Below, piece by piece: positions 7,365 to 15,292 of a stretch of DNA of 25,089 nt (position 1 is its first letter; the number at the start of each line of letters is the position of its first letter). The position numbers and the translations under genes are program-made. Below the pieces are notes generated by a model. It did no database searches, was not told where the DNA came from, and saw nothing but the letters and a program-made list of their open reading frames with translations. The stretch comes from Gemmatimonadota bacterium (GTDB taxonomy: Bacteria; Gemmatimonadota; Gemmatimonadetes; Longimicrobiales; RSA9): contig JBBDRO010000057.1 of the NCBI GenBank assembly GCA_040905425.1, forward strand, positions 7,011 to 32,099, given 5' to 3'.

Positions 7365-9191
7365 ATGGCCGCACTCAGCGCACAGAATCTCACCATCGCC
7401 TTCGGCGGGCGTCCGCTCCTGGACGACGCGGCGCTCCAGGTGGAGCGGGGCGAGCGGGTCGGACTGATGGGGCGCAACGGCGAAGGCAAGTCCACGCTGC
7501 TCCGCATCCTGGCCGGCATCACCCTGCCGGATGAGGGGAGCGTGATCCTCGACGCCGGCACACGCGTGGCGCTGCTGGAGCAGGAGGTCCCCCCGGAGCT
7601 GGCGGGGACCGTGGAGGACGTGGTGGCCGGTGGACTGCGGGGTGTGGCACCCGGCAGCCGCGGCGGCGCGGGGCGGGAGGCGCTCGGCCACGAGGTGGAG
7701 CGGCTGGCGTCACTGCTGGAACTGGAGCTGGACGCCGACTTCGCCGCCCTCTCCGGCGGGCAGCAGCGCCGTGCCATGCTGGGCCGGGCGCTGGCGGCCG
7801 AGCCCGAGGTGCTGCTGCTGGACGAGCCCACCAACCACCTGGATCTGGACGGCATCTCCTGGCTGGAGAACTTCCTGCTGCGCTTCACCGGCAGCATCCT
7901 CTTCGTCACGCACGACCGGGTCTTCCTGCAGCGCTTGGCCACGCGCATCCTGGAGCTGGATCGCGGCCGGCTCACCTCCTGGGCGTGCGACTACCCCACC
8001 TACCTGGAGCGCAAGGAGGCGCAGCTGGCGGCCGAGGAGAAGGCCTGGGCGCTGGAGGATCGCAAGCTGGCGCAGGAGGAGGCGTGGATCCGCCAGGGCA
8101 TCCAGGCGCGGCGCACGCGCAACGAGGGGCGGGTGCGGGCGCTGGAGCAACTGCGGCGCGACCGGGCCGCACGCCGGGACCGCATCGGCAGCGCCGGCCT
8201 CACCCTGCAGGAGGCCGAGCGCTCCGGCAAGCGCGTGGTCGAGGCGAAGCATGTGAGCTTCGGCTACGGCGAGGAGACCCTTGTCCGGGACCTCTCCACC
8301 ACCATCCTGCGCGGGGACCGGGTGGGCATCATCGGTCCGAACGGCGCGGGCAAGAGCACGCTGATCCGCCTGCTGCTGGGGCAGCTCCCGCCCGACAGCG
8401 GGACTATCCGGCTCGGCACCGGCCTGGAGGCGGCCTACTTCGACCAGCGGCGCGAGCAGCTGGATCCGGACCGCACGGTGGCGGAGAACGTGAGCGTTTC
8501 GGACCAGGTGATGGTCAACGGCGCGCCCCGCCACATCATGAGCTACCTGCAGGACTTCCTCTTTCCCCCCGCCCAGGCCCGTCAGCCGGTGGGCTCCCTC
8601 TCCGGCGGCGAACGGAACCGCCTGCTCCTGGCGCGCCTCTTCACCCGGCCCGCCAACCTGCTGGTGCTGGACGAGCCCACCAACGATCTGGACGCCGAGA
8701 CGCTGGAGCTATTGGAGGCCCGCCTGCTCGACTTCACGGGCACCGTGCTCCTGGTCAGCCATGACCGCGCCCTGCTGGACAACCTGTGCACGAGCACGCT
8801 CGTCTTCACCGGCAACGGCACGGTGGAGGAGCACGCGGGCGGCTACAGCGAGTGGCAGCGGGTGGCGGAGCGGCGGGAGAAGGAGGCGGCGGAGGCCGCC
8901 GCGGCGGAGCGGGCCCGGCGGCGGAAGACCCCGTCCCGGCCTGCCGCCACGCCCACGAACGGCAAACGCAAGCGCACCTATGGTGAGCAGCTCGAGCTGG
9001 ACAAGCTGCCCGCGCGCATCGAGGAGTTGGAGGCCCGCCTGGCGGACGCGCACGCGCGGCTGGCCGAGCCGGATCTCTACCAGGCGGAGGCGGACGTGAT
9101 CCGCGCCGCTACCGAGGCGGCCGCAACGCTGGAAGGGGAGGTGGAGGCGGCGTACGCCCGCTGGGCGGAGCTGGAGGGGAAGGACTCCTGA
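7365..9191 (+). CDS. uup: ABC-F family ATPase Uup
   Basis: Two ABC domains (GRNGEGKST / LSGGQ / LLLDEPTNHLD and GPNGAGKST / LSGGE / LVLDEPTNDLD), the linker EEAWIRQGIQARRTRNEGRVRAL, and a C-terminal coiled coil ending YARWAELE. No TM segments. Confidence 0.93.
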   Translation: MAALSAQNLTIAFGGRPLLDDAALQVERGERVGLMGRNGEGKSTLLRILAGITLPDEGSVILDAGTRVALLEQEVPPELAGTVEDVVAGGLRGVAPGSRGGAGREALGHEVERLASLLELELDADFAALSGGQQRRAMLGRALAAEPEVLLLDEPTNHLDLDGISWLENFLLRFTGSILFVTHDRVFLQRLATRILELDRGRLTSWACDYPTYLERKEAQLAAEEKAWALEDRKLAQEEAWIRQGIQARRTRNEGRVRALEQLRRDRAARRDRIGSAGLTLQEAERSGKRVVEAKHVSFGYGEETLVRDLSTTILRGDRVGIIGPNGAGKSTLIRLLLGQLPPDSGTIRLGTGLEAAYFDQRREQLDPDRTVAENVSVSDQVMVNGAPRHIMSYLQDFLFPPAQARQPVGSLSGGERNRLLLARLFTRPANLLVLDEPTNDLDAETLELLEARLLDFTGTVLLVSHDRALLDNLCTSTLVFTGNGTVEEHAGGYSEWQRVAERREKEAAEAAAAERARRRKTPSRPAATPTNGKRKRTYGEQLELDKLPARIEELEARLADAHARLAEPDLYQAEADVIRAATEAAATLEGEVEAAYARWAELEGKDS

Positions 9192-9317
9192 GGGACCTGA
9201 GTTGCGTACCAGGAGTAACATGACACTTGCGAGACCCCTGCCTTTGCGTTGAACCCAGCACACCACGGGCGCCGGGATTGCCACGGGTCCTCCGAGGCCC
9301 GGCGTGGTGCATCCGAC

Positions 9318-9361
9318 GTCCTCGTTGATGGCCACGATGGTGCCAGAGTTGCGCATGCCCG
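9318..9361 (-). repeat. Diverged direct-repeat copy of an internal 3' segment of etfA (partner at 11096-11139)
   Basis: Manual alignment gives 40/44 nt identity. Minus-strand translation is [14 protein letters not shown] versus Etf[15 protein letters not shown]. Confidence 0.85.
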
Positions 9362-9450
9362 GCGGCGGAAGACCCCGTGGCCGTCGGCGTTGCACGCACG
9401 AACGGAAAGCGCAACGGGTGGCACGCTGGTTGGAACCGCGCTCGATCCCT

Positions 9451-9463
9451 TACATTGTTCCCA
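9451..9463 (+). promoter_or_regulatory. -10 box positioned for a leaderless mntA transcript
   Basis: TACATT at 9451-9456 lies 6 nt before ATG 9463, and there is no SD upstream of that ATG. Confidence 0.45.
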
Positions 9464-9906
9464 TGAGACCCCGTGGGATAGCAGCCCGCCCGGGACCCGG
9501 GCGCCAATCGCTCGAGCAGGCGGTTCGTACCGTCACGGAGGAAGCGCCGCCGGGCACGTTCCGGCTCGTGGTGCTGTTCGGCTCAGCGGCCCGCAATCAG
9601 GGCCATCCCAGGGATCTGGATATAGCTGTGCTCTGTGCCGGTGCGCCGGATCTTGTAGCACTGACGAACTCCCTCACCCGTGCGCTCGGCTATCAGGCGG
9701 TGGACCTGGTGGATCTAGGCAGGGCCGACCCCCTGCTGGCCATGCACGTGGCCCGTGACGGCATTGCGCTGCACGAGGACCCACCGGGCAGCTTCGCGCG
9801 CTTCGCCTCCCTGGCCATGCGCCGCTATGCGGACACGCAAAAGCTGCGGGACATGGAGCACCGTGAAATCGAGGATTTCCTGGCGCGCTCCGGAGCGCGC
9901 CCGTGA
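9463..9906 (+). CDS. mntA: Minimal nucleotidyltransferase antitoxin (MntA-like, type VII TA)
   Basis: VVLFGSAAR...DLDIAV pol-beta motif, VDLVDL..ADPLL, and C-terminal RRYADT. GTGA overlap with the downstream HEPN gene. Confidence 0.88.
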   Translation: MRPRGIAARPGPGRQSLEQAVRTVTEEAPPGTFRLVVLFGSAARNQGHPRDLDIAVLCAGAPDLVALTNSLTRALGYQAVDLVDLGRADPLLAMHVARDGIALHEDPPGSFARFASLAMRRYADTQKLRDMEHREIEDFLARSGARP

Positions 9907-10331
9907 CCCCGCTCGATCGGGATCTGGTGCGGCGGAAGCTGGCCGTCATCAGCCGCAATCTGGATGATCTGGCGGTGATTGCCGAGTTGACGCTGGAGGA
10001 CTACCGGGCCGATCGGTTCCGGCAGAAGGGGACCGAGCGTATGATGCAGGAGCTGATCGAAGCGGCCGTGGATGCCAATGCCCATCTGCTCCGCGCGGGG
10101 GGCGCCCCTACCCCCACCGACTACTACCAGAGCTTCGTGGAGCTCGGGAGGCACGGCATTGTGCCCGCCGAATTGGCGGAGCGTCTCGCGCCGGCCGCGG
10201 GCCTCCGGAACAGGCTCGTGCACGAATACGACCGGATCGACGACGCCATCGTGCTCACGGCGGTGGCGGAAGCGCGCCGGGATTTTCCCGCCTACATCGC
10301 GGCCGTGCAGGATTGGCTGAAGCGCACCTGA
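9903..10331 (+). CDS. hepT: HEPN/DUF86 ribonuclease toxin (HepT-like)
   Basis: ER.MQELIEAAVD, and the RX4HXY motif GLRNRLVHEYDRID. 142 aa, coupled to the MNT gene. Confidence 0.92.
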   Translation: MTPLDRDLVRRKLAVISRNLDDLAVIAELTLEDYRADRFRQKGTERMMQELIEAAVDANAHLLRAGGAPTPTDYYQSFVELGRHGIVPAELAERLAPAAGLRNRLVHEYDRIDDAIVLTAVAEARRDFPAYIAAVQDWLKRT

Positions 10332-10917
10332 ACCATGACGATTCCCGGCCCGGCAGCGCGGCCAGTCCGGGTTCCGCTCTGCGCGGGAACCGTGGCCGTG
10401 CGGCTGGAGGAGCGTCTCGGCTCTGGCATCGAGATCGACGCCCACCGGGTGGACCATCTTCCCCAGCCGCCCTCCTCCGGCAGCTTGCTCCCCATCTGAA
10501 GATACGGCATGGCGTGCCAGCGAGAGATGGAGCCACCAACGGCCGTAGCGCGATGCGCCGACAGCGGCAGCGACGCATAGCCGTCCACGGCGAAGAGGTA
10601 GGTGAGCTGCTCCAGTTCGTCCACGTCCGCCGCCAGGAAGAGGGCCCAGAGAGAGCTCTGGATCCCGGCGGAGAACGCAGGCGACTCTGGCCTCTCCGGC
10701 ACCCACCCGTGGCGAACGCTTCCGTCGAAGGCACGCTGATCCCCGGGTAGTCCGCCTCGAATTGGGTGACGAACGCACCGGCGCCCCGCACACCACCGCT
10801 CGCACCCTCGTAGACCCAGGGCCCGTGCTGCACCGCCGGCGCGCACCCGGCCGCCGCCACCAGCGCCGTGGTCAGCCCGGCCAGGCCGCATGCCCGTTCG
10901 AATCCACGCGCATCCAC
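10292..10917 (-). pseudogene. Frameshifted hypothetical lipoprotein / outer-membrane protein
   Basis: GTG 10917 begins a lipoprotein signal (GLTTALVAAAGC-APAVQHGPWV). Protein-like sequence switches frame near 10730 (GTG CC TTC GAC) into FDGSVRHGW...LFAVDGYASLP...HAMPYLQMG. The 3' end is unclear and runs into hepT. Confidence 0.55.
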
Positions 10918-10956
10918 CCGCCCGCGCTTCCTGCATCCCATCGGTCCGCCTGGGCA

Positions 10957-10984
10957 AGCCCCCCGCCGATTTCGTGGGGGGTCT
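10957..10984 (-). terminator. Possible hairpin downstream of etfA
   Basis: CCCCCC-acgaaatcggc-GGGGGG stem just after the etfA stop on the - strand, with only a weak U tract. Confidence 0.3.
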
Positions 10985-10996
10985 GGCTCAGTCTTC

Positions 10997-11971
10997 TCAG
11001 CCCTCCTTACGAAGCTCCGCTGTGAGCGCCGGCACCACTTCGTGCGCGTCCCCCACGATGCCGTAGTCGGCCACCTTGAAGATGGGCGCGTCGGGGTCCT
11101 TGTTGATGGCCACGATGGTCCCCGAGCTGCGCATGCCCGCCAGGTGCTGCATGGCGCCGCTGATGCCGATGGCAAAGTAGAGCGGCGGCGAGACCGTCTT
11201 GCCCGTCTGCCCCACCTGCTCCCCGTGCGGGCGCCAGCCGGCGTCCACCACGGCGCGGGAGGCGCCGAGCGCAGCCTTTCCTCCGAGCGCGTCGCGCAGT
11301 TCCTCCAGGATGCTCCAGTGCTCCGGATCGCGCATGCCGCGGCCGCCGCTTACCACGATGGGCGCTTCGGCCACGTCCAGGGCGCCACCGGCCGCCGCGC
11401 TGATCTCGCGCACCTTGACCTTCCAATCACCCCCGGGCACGGCCAGCTCCACCACCTCACCCGCGGCGCTCCGCTCCTCGGCGCGGCAGGTGTTGGCGCG
11501 TACGCTCACCAGGCGCGGCTCCGCCTTCAGCACCAGCCGCACGAAGGCGCGGCCCGCATACACCGGCCGCGTGATGACCAGCTCGTTGCCCTCCACTTCG
11601 AGCCCCGTGGCGTCGGTGGCCAGCGGCAGGTCCAGCCGCGCCGCCACGCGCGGCGCCAGATCCTTGCCCATGGCGCTGGCCGGGAAGAGCACCGTGTGGT
11701 AACTCCCGGCCTTGACCGCTTCCGCCACCGTGGCCGCATAGCCATCGGCACTGTATTTCTCGAATGCGGCGTCCTCCGCCACGTGCACCCGTGCCGCGCC
11801 CCACGTGCCCAGCTCGGCCGCGGCCTCCTTCGTGCCCGGGCCGCCCACCAGCACCGCGTGCACGTCCCCGCCGAGCTGCTCGGCCAGGGTGCGCGCGGCG
11901 CTCACCACCTCGGCGGAAATCGCGCGCAGCTTCCCGTCACGCCCTTCCGCCACCGCCAGTATCGTTGCCAT
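10997..11971 (-). CDS. etfA: Electron transfer flavoprotein alpha subunit
   Basis: Contains [58 protein letters not shown] and [14 protein letters not shown] at 11971. Confidence 0.96.
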   Translation of the reverse strand: MATILAVAEGRDGKLRAISAEVVSAARTLAEQLGGDVHAVLVGGPGTKEAAAELGTWGAARVHVAEDAAFEKYSADGYAATVAEAVKAGSYHTVLFPASAMGKDLAPRVAARLDLPLATDATGLEVEGNELVITRPVYAGRAFVRLVLKAEPRLVSVRANTCRAEERSAAGEVVELAVPGGDWKVKVREISAAAGGALDVAEAPIVVSGGRGMRDPEHWSILEELRDALGGKAALGASRAVVDAGWRPHGEQVGQTGKTVSPPLYFAIGISGAMQHLAGMRSSGTIVAINKDPDAPIFKVADYGIVGDAHEVVPALTAELRKEG

Positions 11972-11982
11972 GCTCGCCCCCA

Positions 11983-12732
11983 CTAGAGAACCCTGGCTTC
12001 CTCGCGCAGCGCCCGGACCAACTCCGGCACCGCGTCCACCCCCTCACCCACGATGCGTCCCGCGGGACGCTCCGGCGGCGGCGTGAATTCCCGCACCTCC
12101 ACCCGGCTCTCACCCAGGGCGGCGTCCTTCTCCTCGAGCGGCTTCTTCTTGGCCGCCATGATCCCCTTCAGCGACGGATAGCGCGGCTCGAACTCCCCCT
12201 TCGTCATGGTCAGGATGGCCGGCAGCGGCGCCTCCACCACCTCGGTGCCGCCCTCGATCTCCCGGTGCGCCACCACTCCGCCGTCCGCCAGCTCGAAGTC
12301 GTGCACCACGGTGACACACGGCCGCTCCAGCAGCTCGCCCAGCATGGGGCCCACCTGCTGATTGTCATCGTCCATGGCCTTCATGCCGAGCAGGATGAGG
12401 TCATAGCCGCCCTCCTTCAGCTCCGCGGCCAGGGCCTTCGCCGTGGCCAGGCCGTCCAGCGTGGGCTGCCCCTTCAGCAGCACCGCCCGGTCGGCGCCCA
12501 TGGCCAGCACCGCACGCAGCTGCTCGCCACTGGCGCTCTCCCCCACCGTCAGCACGGTCACTTCCCCGCCCTCCGCCGCCTCCTTCGTGCGCAGCGCGTG
12601 CTCCACCGCGAACTCGTCGTAGGGGCTCACCACGAACTTCACGCCGGCGGTGTCGATACCGGCGCCGTCTCCCGCCACCTTGATGCGCGCTTCGGTATCC
12701 GGCACGCGCTTTATACACACCGCGATCTTCAC
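11983..12732 (-). CDS. etfB: Electron transfer flavoprotein beta subunit
   Basis: Contains MKIAVCIKRVPDT, PYDEFAVE.AL, LAMGADRA, REIEGG and EPRYPSLKGIMAAKKKP. AAGGAG SD upstream. Confidence 0.96.
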   Translation of the reverse strand: MKIAVCIKRVPDTEARIKVAGDGAGIDTAGVKFVVSPYDEFAVEHALRTKEAAEGGEVTVLTVGESASGEQLRAVLAMGADRAVLLKGQPTLDGLATAKALAAELKEGGYDLILLGMKAMDDDNQQVGPMLGELLERPCVTVVHDFELADGGVVAHREIEGGTEVVEAPLPAILTMTKGEFEPRYPSLKGIMAAKKKPLEEKDAALGESRVEVREFTPPPERPAGRIVGEGVDAVPELVRALREEARVL

Positions 12733-12796
12733 GTCGGTCTCCTTGCTGGGGCGCGCCGCACTCGGGTTCTGGCCCGCGCCGATGAGCTACGGCGGC

Positions 12797-12825
12797 AATG
12801 TAGGCCGCCCCCCGGACAGTGTCTA
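12797..12825 (-). promoter_or_regulatory. Sigma70-type promoter for etfBA
   Basis: TAGACA (12825-12820) - 17 nt - TACATT (12802-12797) on the - strand. Confidence 0.55.
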
Positions 12826-12911
12826 GCGAACGCCGGCGTTCTCAAGCGACGAAGGCGCGGCCGCCCTCCCGGGCGCCGCGCCTCCGTCCTCCCTATCACC
12901 TTCGGGCCGGC

Positions 12912-14048
12912 TCAGAAGCGGATGCGCGTGCGCCACACCACCGCATTACCGGCGTCCGCCACGAAGAGGAAGTCCAGCGCGGTGGCCAGGGCGGAGGGGC
13001 GGTTAAGCCCGGTCTGCCCGGCGGGCCGGCCGGTACCGGTGAAGGCAGGCGCTCCGGTGCCCGCGTAGGTGTCCACGGTGAGCGCTTCCAGGTCCACCGA
13101 ACGCACGCGGTGGGCGCCGCGCTCGGCCACGTACAGGGTGCGCTCGTCGGGCGTGAGCGCCAGCGCCCACGGCGCCTCGAGCCTGGCCGTGGCCGCGGCG
13201 CCGTTGGTGCCGCCGGGATCGCCGCTGCCCGCCACCGTGCGGATGGTCCCCGCGCCCAGCTCCACGGCGCGGATGCGGTGGTTCAGCTCGTCGGCCAGGT
13301 AGAGGGTGCCAGGGCCCATTGCCAACCCGGTGGGGGCGTGCAGGCGGGCGGCGGCGGCCGATCCGCCGTCCCCGCCGAAGCCGGCCTCTCCCGTGCCCGC
13401 CACCACGCGCAGGACGCCGTCCGCGCCGACCGCCACGATGCGGTTGCCCGTGTGCTCGGCAATGTAGACACGGCCATCCGCGCCCACGGCCACGCCCACG
13501 GGGTCCGCCAAGGGGGCGTCGACGGCCGTGGCGCCGTCGGGCGCCGTGCCGTGGGCGCCATTGCCCGCCAGCAGGGTGGCGGCGCCGCTCGCCGGATCCA
13601 CGCGCCACACCCGGCGGGCCATGTCATCGGAGAGGATGATGCGGCCCGCGCCGTCCAGCGTCATGGCGCGGATGCGCTGGATGCACGCCGGCCCCGGACA
13701 GCCGTCGCCGTCCAGGATGACCTCCAGGCCGCCGGCGGAGGTGACCGAGACGATGCGCGCCACGTCCGCCAGCCCGCCGCCGGCCGTGACGCGCGCCCGC
13801 CGCCCCTGGTCGGCCGCGTAGAGGAGGCCGTTGGGCGTCAGCGCCACGGCGCCCGGCTCCTTCACGGCCGAGGTGAGCGCGTCGCCGGTGAGGGGGCCGG
13901 TGAAGGTGTTGGGGATGCCCAACGCCAGGCGCATGAGCCCCGGTGGATCGCCTGTCACCACGAGCGGCTCCCCGCAACCGCCGAGGGCCACCAGGATGGC
14001 GGCCGGGAGCACGCCGGACCGGAGCGTGGCGGAGCGCCCGCGCCTCAT
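12912..14048 (-). CDS. NHL-repeat beta-propeller lipoprotein
   Basis: Lipobox ILVALGGC and NHL repeats (PVGVAVGADGRVYIAE, LHAPTGLAM..GTLYLADELNHRIR, VAGTGEAGFGGDGG.A..ARL). ATGA overlap with the upstream gene. Confidence 0.85.
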   Translation of the reverse strand: MRRGRSATLRSGVLPAAILVALGGCGEPLVVTGDPPGLMRLALGIPNTFTGPLTGDALTSAVKEPGAVALTPNGLLYAADQGRRARVTAGGGLADVARIVSVTSAGGLEVILDGDGCPGPACIQRIRAMTLDGAGRIILSDDMARRVWRVDPASGAATLLAGNGAHGTAPDGATAVDAPLADPVGVAVGADGRVYIAEHTGNRIVAVGADGVLRVVAGTGEAGFGGDGGSAAAARLHAPTGLAMGPGTLYLADELNHRIRAVELGAGTIRTVAGSGDPGGTNGAAATARLEAPWALALTPDERTLYVAERGAHRVRSVDLEALTVDTYAGTGAPAFTGTGRPAGQTGLNRPSALATALDFLFVADAGNAVVWRTRIRF

Positions 14049-15292
14049 GGTGCCTCCAGGCGCAGCAGCCAGATATCGTACCGGCCGGCCGCGTTGGCGC
14101 GCTGAAAGGCCAACCAGCGCCCGTCGGGGGAGACCGCGGGACGCTCGCCCCCCAGGGTTCCCGGTACATCCCTTGGCGAGGCGCCATCCGTGCGCTCCAC
14201 GCGGCGGATGCGTCCCCCCTGCCGGAAGAGGAGCCAGCCGTCCGGCCCCCACGCCGGCTCCTCGGCGTCCGCCACCACCAGTCGGGTCTCCGAGCCGTCA
14301 GGGCGCACGAGCGCCACGTCCGTACGCTCGATTTCGTGGACGGTACGCTCCAGCCCGATCGTGGATTTCATCTGGGTGCACGTGCAGGTGGCCACGGTGG
14401 CCGGACGCGTGGTGATGCGTGTGTAGGCAATCCACTGCCCGTCCAGACTCCAGGCCGGATCCACGGCGTGCGCGGTGCCGGGCACGGGCTGGACCGCACC
14501 GGTGGCGGGCGTCCAGATCAGGAGGCGCGCGCCGTCGCTTACCACCAGACGCTGGCCATCGGGCGCCCAGCTGGCGGTGGTGCCCACCGTGCCAATGCTC
14601 CGGAAGCGCTCCTGGAAAGGCAGCGTGAACTGCGCCAGGCGCGTCCCCTCCTGGTCCTGGAGTACGGCGCGATTGCCGGTATCCACGCCGAGCGCGGCGT
14701 TGCCGAAGCCGCCCTCCCGTGCGGCCACCACCAGCGAGAGCGAATCGATGCGCGGGTCGTACGCCACGGAGCAGAGCCCCGCATCGGCGGGCGTGTCCGG
14801 GACGCAGGACGGGCCGCTGGACACACTCACCAGCTCCATGAGCGCCACCCGCTGGCCGTCGGGTGAGGGCGCCGCGGCGGCGAACCAGCGGCCCGGGCGC
14901 TCGCTGTAGAGGCCCTGCCCTACCACCCGGGCCTGGCCGCCCTGCATGTCCAGCGCGAGCGGCACGCCCGGCGCGGCGGGGATGCCGGGAAAGCCTTCCG
15001 CCAGGTAGATGACGGAGTCCCCACCCGGCAACCACGCCGGGGCGCGATCGTGGCCGATGTTGAAGGTGAGCCGGTAGACATCATCCACGAGCGGGGCCAG
15101 CGGGTCACCGTCGAAGGTGGGCGCGCCGTCCCCGCAGGCCGCGACCGCGAGGAGCGAGAGGGCGGCGGCAATCCGGATGTGACGCGCGGCGCCGACCCGG
15201 ATGCGCCGTGCGGCGCCGCCCTGGATACACCGCGCGGTGCCGAACCGAACGCGCCCCGCCGTGCTGGCGGTGAACTCCTCGAGGTGCATCAT
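14045..15292 (-). CDS. TolB-like (PD40 repeat) beta-propeller lipoprotein
   Basis: Lipobox LLAVAAC and PD40 repeats PAWLPGG, PSPDGQRVA, SWAPDGQRL, PAWSLDGQWIAY, PAWGPDG and PAVSPDGRWLAF. ATGA overlap with the TonB receptor stop; the true start may lie somewhat further into the ORF. Confidence 0.82.
   Translation of the reverse strand: MMHLEEFTASTAGRVRFGTARCIQGGAARRIRVGAARHIRIAAALSLLAVAACGDGAPTFDGDPLAPLVDDVYRLTFNIGHDRAPAWLPGGDSVIYLAEGFPGIPAAPGVPLALDMQGGQARVVGQGLYSERPGRWFAAAAPSPDGQRVALMELVSVSSGPSCVPDTPADAGLCSVAYDPRIDSLSLVVAAREGGFGNAALGVDTGNRAVLQDQEGTRLAQFTLPFQERFRSIGTVGTTASWAPDGQRLVVSDGARLLIWTPATGAVQPVPGTAHAVDPAWSLDGQWIAYTRITTRPATVATCTCTQMKSTIGLERTVHEIERTDVALVRPDGSETRLVVADAEEPAWGPDGWLLFRQGGRIRRVERTDGASPRDVPGTLGGERPAVSPDGRWLAFQRANAAGRYDIWLLRLEAP

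Noticed and set aside
9419..9434. Sigma54-like TGGCACG-N4-TTGGA upstream of mntA
   Set aside because: The spacing is right but the -12 element is GG rather than GC, no activator is nearby, and a sigma70 -10 box explains the region more simply. Not fully excluded.
9192..10996. Calling the TA segment an intact mobile element
   Set aside because: There is no integrase, transposase or terminal inverted repeat. Only a diverged direct repeat supports past mobility.
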